A DNA stretch of 17,981 nucleotides from contig CAZXFH010000027.1 in the NCBI GenBank assembly GCA_964640055.1, forward strand, positions 1 to 17,981, in the 5' to 3' direction. The notes beneath the pieces were generated by a model. The model did no database searches, had not been told where the DNA came from, and saw only the letters and a list, made by a program, of their open reading frames with translations. A program made the translations under genes and the position numbers. Within the stretch, counting starts at the first letter, position 1; each line of letters starts with the position of its first letter. The stretch is from an uncultured bacterium. GTDB lineage: Bacteria; Fidelibacterota; UBA2242; JAFGTP01. Shown in pieces: positions 1 to 9,866 of the stretch.

Positions 1-2234
1 TGTCTGATGTCACCCAGCTCACCTTTACGCCCGGTACCGATGAAAACGGATTTCCCTATGCAACCTTTCAGTTTCAGGTCAATGATGCTGTGGGTAACTG
101 GTCAGCGGATTATACCGTGACTTTCAATGTAAGAAGCGTAAACGATTCACCCGTCGTGGCTGATACCATTCCGGACCAGATCGCTTATGAAGATGCCGCT
201 TTTACCTTTACTTTTGGAGATACTGTTTTTAATGATGGGGATACCAGCGACAGTTTGCGGTACACGGCCACCTTATCCGATGCCAGTGCCCTACCCAACT
301 GGCTTTCTTTTGAGGGGGCTAATCCGCGCACGTTCAGCGGTACACCGGGAAATGATGATATTGATACTCTCACTGTGAAGGTCACGGCCACTGATGACTC
401 TGCCGCTAGTGCCTTTACAGCATTTGAGTTGGCCGTAATCAACACCAATGATCCCCCTATACTGACCGCAATTCCGGATACGATGTGTAATGAAGACAGT
501 CGTTTGACTATCTCAGTGACCGCCAGCGATGTGGATGCCATGAATAACCTATTATTAAGTGTATCCGCAGATACTTCCGCAGTTACAGCGGAATTTTCCG
601 CGAAAGGATCAGAATTGACTCAGGAGTTACTGATCACCCCGCAATCCAACTGGAATGGCACAGCCACAATTACCATCGTGGTTAATGACCAGGAATCCAA
701 AGCAACTGATACAACCGGTTTTACAATTACCATCTTAGCCAGAAATGATGCACCGGTAATCACCACGACAGAATTAACAGCGGCCATGGAAGATCAAACC
801 TACCATTTCAGTTTTACCGCAACCGATCCAGACCTGATCTATGGCGATACTTTGACCTATGCATTATCTGTCTCTCCCCAAGGCATGACAATTGATACCA
901 ACACAGGCGAAATCACCTGGTTACCAGACAATGGTGATGTCGGTGATACCAGCCTAACCGTCACAGTCAGCGATGATAGTAGCGCGACTGATGAAGAAAG
1001 CTTTACGCTAACAGTACATAACACCAATGATCCCCCACTGGTTGCTAATACCATTCCGAACCAAATCGCTACCGAAGACAGCTTGTTCTCTTTTACTTTT
1101 GGTGATACCGTTTTTACTGATATAGACGCTGACGACAGTTTAAGGTTCACAGCCAATCTGTCGGATGGCAGTGCCTTACCGGACTGGCTTGGGTTTGAGG
1201 AATCCACTCCACGTACCTTCAGCGGTACTCCTACAAATGAGGATATCGACACCATTAGCGTACAGGTTACAGCCATTGATGACTCTGCCGCTAACACCGC
1301 CACCGAGTTTGAGATCACCGTGATTAATATCAATGATCCACCGGTCATTACAAATCTGCCGGACACCGCTTTTGCCGAGGACAAACAATTATCTTTAGGA
1401 CTGAATTATTTCGCTTCCTTTGTGGAAGATCCTGATACGCCCGATAGCCTTTTGAGCTTTGCAATATCAGAGGCAAACTTAGTTCACTTCTCACTCGAAG
1501 AGGATTCTTTATTTTTATATGCAGCGCCAAATATATTTGGTGTTGATACTTTAATCGTTGCTGTTAATGACGGCGAATACCAGGACTCCACGCCAATGAT
1601 TGTGAATATCCTGCCGGTTAATGACGCACCCATTTTTACTGAAATAATGCCCGATACGATCCGCTTTGATTCCAATCAAGCGGATACCCTTGAATTAACC
1701 GGATTATTTACAGATATTGATACACCCGATTCATTACTGGTCTTATCCTATGTTTACAGCAGGTTTGTAAATTATGAGCGGATTGACTCGCTAAACATCA
1801 TCAAACTATCGACTGAAAATAATCAGGCCGGTACCGATACTCTGATACTATCCGTTTCAGATGGAGAATTAGAGACCATCGATTCCGTGTTAATTCAGGT
1901 GAAAAAAATAACTGGTATTGATTATGTGATGGGTCAAACACCCAAAGAGTTTAAATTATATCAAAATTATCCCAATCCCTTTAATCCTACTACCCATATA
2001 ATCTACAGCATACCCCAGGATTGTGAAGTAGAGCTGAGAATTTATGATATTCGTGGCAGAGAAATTGCTCTACTGGTTAAGGAAAAGCAGGGACCCAAAA
2101 ATTACAGAGTTATTTGGGACGGCTGCAATCAATCCGGTAGACAGGTTGCGAGTGGTATCTATTTTTACCAGATAATCGCTAAGTCAAAAAATAAAACCTT
2201 TATCAAAACTAAAAAGATGATGTTTTTGGAATAA
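1..2234 (+). CDS. 5'-truncated giant cell-surface adhesin with repeated cadherin-like (NDAP/NDPP-linked) and putative-Ig (PF05345-like) domains and a C-terminal T9SS (Por secretion) sorting domain
   Basis: The reading frame is open from base 3 with no stop, so the gene starts upstream of the window. The ORF track entry 90..2234 begins at an internal GTG. Segments ending in VNDSP/TNDPP/NDAP recur, and LSDxSALPxWLxF...RTFSGTP motifs are typical of bacterial cadherin-like and dystroglycan-type Ig domains. The last ~85 aa (KLYQNYPNPFNPTT...IYDIRGREIA...GIYFYQI) match the T9SS C-terminal domain signature. Confidence 0.8.
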   Translation, partial: SDVTQLTFTPGTDENGFPYATFQFQVNDAVGNWSADYTVTFNVRSVNDSPVVADTIPDQIAYEDAAFTFTFGDTVFNDGDTSDSLRYTATLSDASALPNWLSFEGANPRTFSGTPGNDDIDTLTVKVTATDDSAASAFTAFELAVINTNDPPILTAIPDTMCNEDSRLTISVTASDVDAMNNLLLSVSADTSAVTAEFSAKGSELTQELLITPQSNWNGTATITIVVNDQESKATDTTGFTITILARNDAPVITTTELTAAMEDQTYHFSFTATDPDLIYGDTLTYALSVSPQGMTIDTNTGEITWLPDNGDVGDTSLTVTVSDDSSATDEESFTLTVHNTNDPPLVANTIPNQIATEDSLFSFTFGDTVFTDIDADDSLRFTANLSDGSALPDWLGFEESTPRTFSGTPTNEDIDTISVQVTAIDDSAANTATEFEITVININDPPVITNLPDTAFAEDKQLSLGLNYFASFVEDPDTPDSLLSFAISEANLVHFSLEEDSLFLYAAPNIFGVDTLIVAVNDGEYQDSTPMIVNILPVNDAPIFTEIMPDTIRFDSNQADTLELTGLFTDIDTPDSLLVLSYVYSRFVNYERIDSLNIIKLSTENNQAGTDTLILSVSDGELETIDSVLIQVKKITGIDYVMGQTPKEFKLYQNYPNPFNPTTHIIYSIPQDCEVELRIYDIRGREIALLVKEKQGPKNYRVIWDGCNQSGRQVASGIYFYQIIAKSKNKTFIKTKKMMFLE
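166..468 (+). repeat. Intragenic direct repeat copy A (~300 bp domain duplication inside the adhesin gene)
   Basis: The nucleotide string ccattccggaccagatcgc...gatgactctgccgct...aatgatccccct is visibly similar to 1051-1345, at roughly 70-75% identity by eye. The protein segments IPDQIAYEDAAFTFTFGDTVFNDGDTSDSLRYTATLSD and IPNQIATEDSLFSFTFGDTVFTDIDADDSLRFTANLSD align. Confidence 0.7.
1051..1345 (+). repeat. Intragenic direct repeat copy B
   Basis: Partner of 166-468: ccattccgaaccaaatcgc...gatgactctgccgct...aatgatccaccg. Confidence 0.7.
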
Positions 2235-2456
2235 AAAAGGGCAGAAACAGGGCTATAATACACTGATCAGAGATCGTTTCCCAGCTGGATTGATGCTATC
2301 CGGTACGAAATTCAAGACAGATAAATTCTATTATCAGAGTTGATGTGTGATCCAGGAGAGTGGTGCTAACTAAATTCCGTCTGATATCTTACCTGTTTGG
2401 GCGGCCTAAATCAGCTTTCCTGCAGACCTAGGGAAAACTTTCACGATCACTTTTTA

Positions 2457-2486
2457 TTTGCATTCTCACTTTCTAGCATCTATATT
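2457..2486 (+). promoter_or_regulatory. Candidate sigma70-like promoter for the his leader/operon (-35 TTTGCA, 18-nt spacer, -10 TATATT)
   Basis: TTTGCA at 2457-2462 and TATATT at 2481-2486 lie about 28 nt upstream of the leader ATG. This is based on the sequence pattern only. Confidence 0.3.
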
Positions 2487-2513
2487 TAAAGGTTATTGAA
2501 AGTGAGCGAGTCA

Positions 2514-2582
2514 ATGTCAAGACACACCGACAATTTACATCATCATGGCCATATCAGCTTCGCAGGGAGAACCGGGATGTAA
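2514..2582 (+). CDS. hisL: Histidine-rich leader peptide (MSRHTDNLHHHGHISFAGRTGM), candidate his operon attenuation leader
   Basis: A 22-codon ORF has five His codons clustered at 2538-2552 (CAT CAT CAT GGC CAT). It sits about 80 nt upstream of hisG and is followed by an antiterminator/terminator arrangement. Confidence 0.55.
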   Translation: MSRHTDNLHHHGHISFAGRTGM

Positions 2583-2608
2583 TTGTTTGCTGTCCAAATT
2601 CCAAGATT

Positions 2609-2639
2609 AAACCCGGTTCGCTGAGAATCGGGTTTTTTT
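2609..2639 (+). terminator. Attenuator: intrinsic terminator hairpin (aaacccggttc-GCUGA-gaatcgggttt, 11 bp with one G-U) followed by a T7 tract
   Basis: The stem and loop were read directly from the sequence. Its 5' arm segment cccggttc (2612-2619) is also the exact reverse complement of gaaccggg (2569-2576) at the end of the leader ORF. That gives two mutually exclusive antiterminator and terminator structures. Confidence 0.6.
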
Positions 2640-2664
2640 ATCTTTAAAACCGATGGAGCCTATT

Positions 2665-3519
2665 ATGATCACCTTAGCCATCCAAAAAGCGGGTCGCCTC
2701 AGTGAAAAAAGTATGCGTTTGCTCCGGGAATGCGACATCCACTGTGAAAATGGCGGCCGGACCAAATTAAAAATCAAGGCCGGCAATTTTCCGCTGGAAG
2801 TACTGCATATGCGGGATGATGATATCCCGGAATGTATCCGCGACGGCATTGCGGATATCGGTATCGTCGGCGAAAATGTCTATCTGGAAAAGCAGCCTCA
2901 GCTGCGTTGTATCGAACGGTTGGGTTTTGCCAAATGCCGGTTGTCGATTGGCGTACCCAGGGACATGTCCTATAAGTCTATTACTGATCTGGAGAACAAA
3001 AGTATTGCGACCTCCTATCCCAACATTTTACGGAATTATTTAGATGATAATCAGGTAAACGCCGAGATTCATGAAATCAGTGGATCAGTGGAACTGGCAC
3101 CCAGTATTGGTCTGGCAGATACGGTCTTTGATGTCGTGAGTAGTGGCAGTACCCTGATCAGCAATGGATTAAAAGAGGTAGAGACGGTGGTCCGTTCCGA
3201 AGCTGTTTTAATCAGCCCGGATGATCTGTCTGCTGATAAAGACGAACTCTTAAACCAGCTGCTATTTCGTATCCGGGCAGTCAACCGTGCCCGCCAGAGA
3301 AAATACATTCTACTGAATGCGCCCAATAATGCCATTGACCGGATCTGCGCTATTTTGCCAGGCATAAAGAGCCCGACGGTCATGCCCTTATCTGAATCAG
3401 GCTGGAGTTCAGTCCATTCCGTAATCGCTGAAGATCAATTCTGGGAAAACATTCAAAGTCTCAAAGAGGCCGGTGCCCAGGGCATTCTGGTCTTCCCCAT
3501 TGAAAAAATGATTCTCTAA
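2665..3519 (+). CDS. hisG: ATP phosphoribosyltransferase, long form (HisG)
   Basis: The product aligns along its full length with the long-form HisG family (MITLAIQKAGRLSEKS..., C-terminal regulatory domain present). A GGAG motif lies 6 nt upstream of the ATG at 2665. The ORF track starts at an alternative ATG at 2653. Confidence 0.9.
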   Translation: MITLAIQKAGRLSEKSMRLLRECDIHCENGGRTKLKIKAGNFPLEVLHMRDDDIPECIRDGIADIGIVGENVYLEKQPQLRCIERLGFAKCRLSIGVPRDMSYKSITDLENKSIATSYPNILRNYLDDNQVNAEIHEISGSVELAPSIGLADTVFDVVSSGSTLISNGLKEVETVVRSEAVLISPDDLSADKDELLNQLLFRIRAVNRARQRKYILLNAPNNAIDRICAILPGIKSPTVMPLSESGWSSVHSVIAEDQFWENIQSLKEAGAQGILVFPIEKMIL

Positions 3520-3533
3520 ACCGAGGTGAGCTC

Positions 3534-4832
3534 ATGGAAATCATTAAAAATCCTTCCAAAACCAGCTGGCCGGATTTACTGGCAAGACCCGGTCAGGAAA
3601 GTACCGCAAAAACCCAAAAGAACGTAGCCGATATTATCAAGCAGGTTAAACAACAGGGTGATCAGGCGCTTTTTGAATTAACCTACCGTTTTGACAAGGT
3701 CTCACTTAATCAATTACCGGTTACATCTGCTGAAATTGCACAGTCCATTCAAAATATCGATCCGGAACTGAAAGCGGCCCTCGAATTGGCAGAAAGGAAT
3801 ATCTGTTCCTTCCACGAAGCCCAGCTGCCTGCCGAAACCAAAGTTGTCGAAACTGCTCCGGGAGTACGATGCTGGTTAAAATATCTCCCCCTGGAGAAAG
3901 TCGGTCTCTATATTCCCGGCGGAACCGCGCCTTTATTCTCTTCGGTATTGATGCTGGGCATTCCGGCTCGCATCGCCGGCTGCCGGGAGCTTGTTCTGAT
4001 AACTCCACCGGATAAACAGGGACAGGTCCATCCGGCTATTCTATATTGTGCGCAGCGGTTGGGAATTAACACCATCTATAAAATCGGCGGTGCCCAGGCC
4101 ATTGCTGCTCTGGCCTACGGCACAGAGACCATTCCGAAAACAGCTAAAATCTTTGGCCCTGGCAATCAGTATGTCACGCTGGCCAAACAAATCGTAGCCA
4201 GTGAAGGGGTTCCGATTGATATGCCGGCCGGCCCCTCGGAAGTGATGGTCATCAGTGATGCCAGTGCTGACCCCAATTTTGTGGCGGCTGATCTGCTTTC
4301 GCAGGCCGAACACGGCAGTGACAGCCAGGCTATCCTGGTCAGCACCTCCCGGAAAATAATTGCTCAGGTTCAGCAGAATGTTAACGATCAACTGGAAACC
4401 CTCCCCCGTAAAGCCGTTGCCCGCCAGTCCTTGAAACATGCCCGCCTGATTCAGGTACCGGATATAAAAACCGCTCTGGAAATAGCCAATTATTATGCGC
4501 CCGAACATTTAATTATCATGACTGCCAATCCAGAGGCATTAAGCCCAAAAATTACAAATGCGGGCTCGGTATTTCTGGGAAAATATGCTCCGGAATCGGC
4601 AGGGGATTACTGTTCCGGCACCAACCATGTGCTGCCCACCCATGGATTTGCCCGCAATTACAGTGGGGTTACTGTAAGGGACTTCATGAAATCGATCACC
4701 TTTCAATCCATTACGCCTCAGGGATTGCAAATTCTGGGCCCGGCCATTGCAAAAATGGCGGCTGCGGAAGATTTGGATGCTCATAAGAATGCTGTTACTC
4801 TCCGGCTGAAACAGCTGCAAAAGGACCATTGA
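3534..4832 (+). CDS. hisD: Histidinol dehydrogenase (HisD)
   Basis: The protein is 432 aa and carries the HisD motifs GGAQAIAALAYGTE, IDMPAGPSEV, QAEHG, and GDYxSGTNHVLPT. A GAGGTGA Shine-Dalgarno site lies upstream. Confidence 0.92.
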   Translation: MEIIKNPSKTSWPDLLARPGQESTAKTQKNVADIIKQVKQQGDQALFELTYRFDKVSLNQLPVTSAEIAQSIQNIDPELKAALELAERNICSFHEAQLPAETKVVETAPGVRCWLKYLPLEKVGLYIPGGTAPLFSSVLMLGIPARIAGCRELVLITPPDKQGQVHPAILYCAQRLGINTIYKIGGAQAIAALAYGTETIPKTAKIFGPGNQYVTLAKQIVASEGVPIDMPAGPSEVMVISDASADPNFVAADLLSQAEHGSDSQAILVSTSRKIIAQVQQNVNDQLETLPRKAVARQSLKHARLIQVPDIKTALEIANYYAPEHLIIMTANPEALSPKITNAGSVFLGKYAPESAGDYCSGTNHVLPTHGFARNYSGVTVRDFMKSITFQSITPQGLQILGPAIAKMAAAEDLDAHKNAVTLRLKQLQKDH

Positions 4833-4869
4833 TACATTCAAAAAACCAGGGGAAAAGCAGGTATAGATT

Positions 4870-5928
4870 ATGTTTAACTTAAATGAATTAATCCGAAAAA
4901 ACATTGCTGAGCTCCGGCCCTATTCTTCGGCCCGGAATGAATATGCCGGAAGTCAAGGTATTTTTATGGACGCCAACGAAAACGCACTGGGCTCCCCATC
5001 TGATCAGCCCCTTAACCGTTATCCGGATCCGCACCAACGGCAACTGAAAAAGCGGATCAGTGAGCTGCTGAAAATACCCGCACCTCAAATTTTTCTGGGC
5101 AATGGAAGTGATGAGGTCATCGATTTGCTTATCCGTGCTTTTTGCGAACCCAACCAGGATAAACTAATAATTTTACCTCCGACCTATGGGATGTACACTG
5201 TGGCAGCCAATATCAATGCCGCAAAAATTATCAGAGTACCTTTAACCCATGATTTTCAGATCGATACCCCTGCCGTCCTGGAAAAATTGGCTCTGAAGCC
5301 CAAGCTACTATTTCTCTGCTCGCCCAATAACCCGACCGGTAATTGCTTTCAAGAGAAAGATATTAAAAAATTACTGGCTAATTTTGAGGGGTTGGTGGTC
5401 ATTGATGAAGCCTATGTGGATTTTTGCGCGCGTCAAAATTATCTGTCCTGGCTGAAACAATATAAGAACCTGGTCATCATTCGGACTTTTTCCAAGGCCT
5501 GGGGCATGGCCAGTATCCGGCTGGGCATGGCCTTTGCATCGGCTGATATAATCGATATTCTGACCCAGCTGAAATATCCCTATAATGTCAATGCAATTAC
5601 TCAGGAGGCGGCCCTGCGAGCATTGGATAACATTGATCAACAGAAAAAGATGATTAAACAGCTCCTCAGCGAACGCGACAAACTCAGCCAAGCCCTTTCC
5701 CGCCTAGAAATCGTGGAAAAAGTCTTCCCTTCAGATGCAAATTTCTTACTGGTCAGGTTTCACGATGCCCGCAAGGTCTATCAAGCCATGCTGCAAAGGA
5801 AAATTATTCTACGGGATCGTTCCCAGTTAATACATTGTGATAATTGTTTGCGGATCACCGTGGGGACGCCCCGGGAAAACCAACTATTACTGGAGGCCTT
5901 GTTATCCTACACAAAACAAGGGAAATGA
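4870..5928 (+). CDS. hisC: Histidinol-phosphate aminotransferase (HisC)
   Basis: The protein is 352 aa with a class II aminotransferase fold and a PLP-lysine motif ([15 protein letters not shown]). Its position in the his operon supports the call. Confidence 0.9.
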   Translation: MFNLNELIRKNIAELRPYSSARNEYAGSQGIFMDANENALGSPSDQPLNRYPDPHQRQLKKRISELLKIPAPQIFLGNGSDEVIDLLIRAFCEPNQDKLIILPPTYGMYTVAANINAAKIIRVPLTHDFQIDTPAVLEKLALKPKLLFLCSPNNPTGNCFQEKDIKKLLANFEGLVVIDEAYVDFCARQNYLSWLKQYKNLVIIRTFSKAWGMASIRLGMAFASADIIDILTQLKYPYNVNAITQEAALRALDNIDQQKKMIKQLLSERDKLSQALSRLEIVEKVFPSDANFLLVRFHDARKVYQAMLQRKIILRDRSQLIHCDNCLRITVGTPRENQLLLEALLSYTKQGK

Positions 5929-5948
5929 AGCAACAGGAGCAAACCATT

Positions 5949-7043
5949 ATGCGAAAAATTCTTTTTATCGACCGGGATGGTACCATTATCAAAGAGCCGC
6001 CTGACAAACAGATCGACTCCTTAGAAAAACTGGAATTCTATCCGGGTGTGATCTGCGGCATGAAAGCCATTGCCGAAACTCTGGATTATCAATTGGTAAT
6101 GGTCACCAATCAGGATGGATTGGGCACGGAGTTATTCCCGGAAGACACATTTTGGCCGGTGCATAACAAAATGCTAACCATTCTCAAAAATGAGGGGGTT
6201 TCCTTTGAGGATATCCTGATTGATATAAGTCTGCCCCAAGACCAGGCCCCCACCCGCAAACCCCGGACCGGACTATTAAAAGAGTATCTAAAAGACCCGG
6301 AAATCGACTGGCAACAGAGTTATGTGATCGGAGACCGGGAGAGCGATGTGCAGCTGGCCCTAAACCTGGGCTGCCAGGCAATCTATTTACATGAAAAAAA
6401 ACACCCCGAAGCAGTCCTGACCACCACTGATTGGATGGCAATCCACCACTTTTTACGCTCAACCGCCCGCCAGGCGACAGTTCAGCGCCGGACAGCGGAA
6501 ACCGATATACGGGCCACTGTAAAACTGGACGGAAAGGATGCTTCCGAAATAGAGACCGGTATTGGTTTTTTAAACCATATGTTGAACTTGTTTACCACTC
6601 ATTCCGGGATCGATCTCTCCCTGCAGGCCAGCGGCGATCTGGAGGTCGATGAACATCATACGGTAGAGGATACTGCACTGGTTTTGGGCGAGGCGATCAA
6701 TAAAGCTTTGGACAACAAGGCCGGCATCGAACGCTACGGATTTCTACTCCCCATGGATGAGTCACTGACTCAGGTTGCTCTGGATTTCAGCGGTCGCCCG
6801 GAACTGGTCTGGCAGGTCGAATTCCAGCGGGAATATGTGGGAAAAATGCCAACCGAACTGTTTCAACATTTTTTCAAATCTCTAACGAATGCAGCTGGGC
6901 TGACACTTCATATTAAAGCCAGCGGTGAAAATGAGCACCACAAGATCGAGTCTATCTTTAAGGCCGTGGCCCGAGCGTTTAAAATGGCTATCCATCGTCA
7001 GCCGGACAACACCCAAATCCCCAGCACCAAAGGACGTTTATGA
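5949..7043 (+). CDS. hisB: Bifunctional histidinol-phosphatase / imidazoleglycerol-phosphate dehydratase (HisB)
   Basis: The N-terminal HAD-type phosphatase begins [15 protein letters not shown]. The C-terminal dehydratase carries the DEHH/EHH motifs ([20 protein letters not shown]). An AGGAG lies 9 nt upstream of the ATG at 5949. An alternative in-frame ATG at 5925 overlaps the hisC stop. Confidence 0.9.
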   Translation: MRKILFIDRDGTIIKEPPDKQIDSLEKLEFYPGVICGMKAIAETLDYQLVMVTNQDGLGTELFPEDTFWPVHNKMLTILKNEGVSFEDILIDISLPQDQAPTRKPRTGLLKEYLKDPEIDWQQSYVIGDRESDVQLALNLGCQAIYLHEKKHPEAVLTTTDWMAIHHFLRSTARQATVQRRTAETDIRATVKLDGKDASEIETGIGFLNHMLNLFTTHSGIDLSLQASGDLEVDEHHTVEDTALVLGEAINKALDNKAGIERYGFLLPMDESLTQVALDFSGRPELVWQVEFQREYVGKMPTELFQHFFKSLTNAAGLTLHIKASGENEHHKIESIFKAVARAFKMAIHRQPDNTQIPSTKGRL

Positions 7044-7621
7044 CAGTTGCCATCATTCGTTACAATGCCGGTAATATTCATTCTGTCCGTTTGGCCTTAC
7101 AGCGACTTGATATCGAACCGGTAGTCACTAATGACCTGCAGCAGCTCCGCAGGGCCGAAAAAATCATTTTCCCGGGTGTGGGGGAGGCCAGCTCGGCCAT
7201 GCATTATCTCAAAGCAAAGGGGTTGACACAAGAGATACCCCGCTTCAGACAGCCTTTTCTGGGGATCTGCCTGGGAATGCAGCTGATGTGTCGGCATTCC
7301 GCGGAAAATAACGCTCCCTGTCTGAACATTTTTCCATCGGTAGTGAAGCAATTTCCCCGACGATTAAAAGTACCTCATATGGGCTGGAACACAATTACAG
7401 ATTTGCAGGGTCCGCTTTTTGAATCCGTGGACCCCGGCTCCTATCTTTACTTTGTACACAGCTATTATGTAGAGTTGAATCCCTATACCGTGGCGCAGAG
7501 TGACTATATGTTTCCCTTTAGTGCGGCGGTGCAAAAAGACAATTTTTGGGCCACCCAATTTCATCCGGAAAAATCCGGTGAAATCGGAGAACAAATTCTG
7601 AAAAACTTTTTATCTTTATGA
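7040..7621 (+). CDS. hisH: Imidazole glycerol phosphate synthase, glutamine amidotransferase subunit (HisH)
   Basis: A class I glutamine amidotransferase with catalytic Cys in GICLGMQ and the His region HSYY. Its start overlaps the hisB stop as ATGA. Confidence 0.9.
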   Translation: MTVAIIRYNAGNIHSVRLALQRLDIEPVVTNDLQQLRRAEKIIFPGVGEASSAMHYLKAKGLTQEIPRFRQPFLGICLGMQLMCRHSAENNAPCLNIFPSVVKQFPRRLKVPHMGWNTITDLQGPLFESVDPGSYLYFVHSYYVELNPYTVAQSDYMFPFSAAVQKDNFWATQFHPEKSGEIGEQILKNFLSL

Positions 7622-7634
7622 GCTTGAGAATTTT

Positions 7635-8357
7635 ATGATCACCATCATTCCGGCCGCTGATATTATCGCAGGTAAATGTGTACGTTTAACCCAAGGGGTC
7701 TTTGATTCTAAAAAGGTATATAAGGGGTCCCCTGTTGAAATTGTGCAACGGTACGAAGACTATGGCATCCAGCGGCTGCATGTTGTTGATCTGGATGGTG
7801 CCAAAGCCCGGCGGATTATCAATTGGCCGACGCTTAAAGAGATCGCCACTCACACAAATTTGACCATTGATTTTGGTGGTGGTATTCAATCCCATGAGGA
7901 TCTGCAGCTGGCATTGGACAGTGGGGCCGATATGGTCACAGCCGGAAGTATAGCGATAAAGGATCCGGAAAAAGTATTTAATTGGATTAAAACCTACGGA
8001 CCGGAAAAAATTATTCTGGGTGCAGATGTACAAAACCATAAGCTCGCAATTCACGGCTGGCAGGAAAAAACCGATCTGGAGCTGTTCACTTTCATTGAAA
8101 AATTCAGGGCTAAGGGCATTCAACAGCTTATCTGCACTGATATTTCCCGGGATGGTATGCTAGCGGGGCCGGCTTTTAGCCTGTATCAGGCACTCAAAAA
8201 TCAGTTTCCACAATTAAAGATTATTGCCAGCGGCGGCATCAGCTGTCTGGCAGACATTGAGCAATTAGACAGAATAGGTGTTACGGCTGTTATCATCGGG
8301 AAGGCCCTTTACGAAGGTCGGATCCGGTTAAAGGAGCTGGAGCAATTTATATGTTAA
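7635..8357 (+). CDS. hisA: ProFAR isomerase (HisA)
   Basis: The N-terminus [18 protein letters not shown] is typical of the HisA TIM barrel, and the protein is 240 aa. Confidence 0.9.
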   Translation: MITIIPAADIIAGKCVRLTQGVFDSKKVYKGSPVEIVQRYEDYGIQRLHVVDLDGAKARRIINWPTLKEIATHTNLTIDFGGGIQSHEDLQLALDSGADMVTAGSIAIKDPEKVFNWIKTYGPEKIILGADVQNHKLAIHGWQEKTDLELFTFIEKFRAKGIQQLICTDISRDGMLAGPAFSLYQALKNQFPQLKIIASGGISCLADIEQLDRIGVTAVIIGKALYEGRIRLKELEQFIC

Positions 8358-9106
8358 GTAAACGCATTATTCCCTGTCTGGACATTAAAGACGGCCAGAC
8401 CGTTAAAGGCGTCAATTTTGTCAATTTGCGCCAGGCCGGTGATCCGGTGGAACTGGGATCGGCTTATGCCCGGCAGGGGGCGGATGAACTGGTCTTTCTG
8501 GATATTACTGCCACGGTGGAGAAACGGGCCACTCTGGTAAGCCTGGTTAAAAGCATCGCTGCTGAACTCAATATCCCTTTTACCGTGGGCGGCGGGATCC
8601 GGAATGAACAGGATGTGGCCGCACTGTTAAATGCGGGTGCTGATAAGATAACGGTGAACAGCGCCGCGGTAAAGGAACCCGGTCTGATCTCGCGCTTGGA
8701 AAAACAGTTCGGCAGCCAGTGTATCGTATTAGCTATTGATGCCAAAAAAACAGCGGAAGACTGGACTGTTTATATCCACGGTGGCCGTACACCCACCAAT
8801 AAAAAAGCAATTAGCTGGGCGCAACAAGCCACTGACCTGGGAGCCGGTGAGATCCTGCTCACTTCCATGGATCATGATGGTACCCAACAGGGTTTTGCCG
8901 TGGAGCTGACGCGGTGCTTTGCCGCACAGCTCTCTATCCCGGTAATCGCTTCCGGAGGGGCCGGGACCTGTGCCCATTTCAAAGAGATATTTACCCATGG
9001 AAAAGCCGACGCCGCCCTGGCGGCCAGTATTTTTCATTTCGGTCAGATTCTAATACCCGAACTAAAACAGTACTTAAAATCCCATAATATCGAGGTACGT
9101 TTATGA
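8351..9106 (+). CDS. hisF: Imidazole glycerol phosphate synthase, cyclase subunit (HisF)
   Basis: The N-terminus [20 protein letters not shown] matches HisF. Its start overlaps the hisA end by 7 nt. Confidence 0.92.
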   Translation: MLSKRIIPCLDIKDGQTVKGVNFVNLRQAGDPVELGSAYARQGADELVFLDITATVEKRATLVSLVKSIAAELNIPFTVGGGIRNEQDVAALLNAGADKITVNSAAVKEPGLISRLEKQFGSQCIVLAIDAKKTAEDWTVYIHGGRTPTNKKAISWAQQATDLGAGEILLTSMDHDGTQQGFAVELTRCFAAQLSIPVIASGGAGTCAHFKEIFTHGKADAALAASIFHFGQILIPELKQYLKSHNIEVRL

Positions 9107-9696
9107 AAATAGATTTTGATAAAGGCAATGGGCTCGTTCCTGCTATCGTACAGGACGCCAATACCCACAAAGTGCTTATGCTGGGATATATGAACCAAGA
9201 TGCCTATAAGAAGACCCGTCAGACCGGCCGGGTTACTTTTTACAGCCGCTCCCGGCAAGAATTATGGACCAAGGGTGAGACTTCCGGGAATTATCTGTAT
9301 CTCCAGGAGATCCGGGTCGATTGCGATAATGACACCCTCCTGATCAAAGCCCATCCCAGCGGCTCGGTCTGTCATACCGGAAAAGATACCTGCTTTGAAG
9401 AAACCAATATTAGTGTGCAGGATTTTATTCACAGATTGGAAAATATTATCGCTGACCGTCAGCAAAATCCGCAAGCCGGCTCCTATACCTGCCAACTCTT
9501 CGATGTTGGTATCAAAAAAATCAGCCAGAAAGTAGGCGAAGAAGCGGTGGAAGTGATCATTGATGCCTTGGATGATAACATCAACGCTTTAAAAGAGGAA
9601 ACTGCGGATTTGCTCTATCATTTGTTAGTCTTGCTAAGAGCTCGTGATATTGACTGGGATGAGATCATGGCCACCCTGGCTGAGCGGCATAAGTAG
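9103..9696 (+). CDS. hisI: Bifunctional phosphoribosyl-AMP cyclohydrolase / phosphoribosyl-ATP pyrophosphatase (HisIE)
   Basis: The N-terminal HisI part contains GLVPAIVQD...SGSVCHTG. The C-terminal HisE helical pyrophosphatase part contains [27 protein letters not shown]. Its start overlaps the hisF stop as ATGA. Confidence 0.9.
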   Translation: MKIDFDKGNGLVPAIVQDANTHKVLMLGYMNQDAYKKTRQTGRVTFYSRSRQELWTKGETSGNYLYLQEIRVDCDNDTLLIKAHPSGSVCHTGKDTCFEETNISVQDFIHRLENIIADRQQNPQAGSYTCQLFDVGIKKISQKVGEEAVEVIIDALDDNINALKEETADLLYHLLVLLRARDIDWDEIMATLAERHK

Positions 9697-9866
9697 AGCC
9701 GACCAGATATAGCGGTAGAAGTCTCTCGAATAAGCTTTAATCTGAGTGCTAATGTCAATTTTTCGTACGAATAATGTGGAATATTTCACAAGATTCAAGG
9801 GAAAAGGGCAATTATTCTTAAATCATAAAAACCCTGGTAGCTTTGTCCTCTGATAAACTTGAAGCA

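Noticed and set aside
185-1675. Minus-strand ORFs (185..541, 857..1384, 1176..1388, 1348..1530, 1484..1675) inside the adhesin gene
   Set aside because: These are antisense to a long, well-supported, repeat-rich CDS. Their low-complexity Ser/Val/Ala-rich translations are typical of shadow ORFs.
2653-2664. Upstream ATG at 2653 as the hisG start (ORF-track start)
   Set aside because: The ATG at 2665 has a GGAG 6 nt upstream and gives an N-terminus matching HisG family alignments (MITLAIQKAGRL). The ATG at 2653 starts only 13 nt after the attenuator T-tract and has no Shine-Dalgarno site. It is kept as an alternative only.
2607-3383. ORFs 2607..2849(-), 2816..3043(+), 3069..3383(-) overlapping hisG
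   Set aside because: All are contained within or antisense to hisG, which has a full-length family match. No independent signal supports them.
5844-5948. hisB start at 5844 (track, non-ATG or long N-extension) or at ATG 5925
   Set aside because: The 5844 extension lies entirely inside hisC. The ATG at 5949 has a canonical AGGAG and matches the HisB N-terminus ([12 protein letters not shown]). The ATG at 5925 (an ATGA overlap with hisC) remains possible.
3721-9495. Numerous 60-155-aa ORFs antisense to or out of frame with hisD, hisC, hisB, hisH, hisA, hisF, hisIE
   Set aside because: These are shadow ORFs inside a tightly packed, translationally coupled operon, and none has a recognisable domain.
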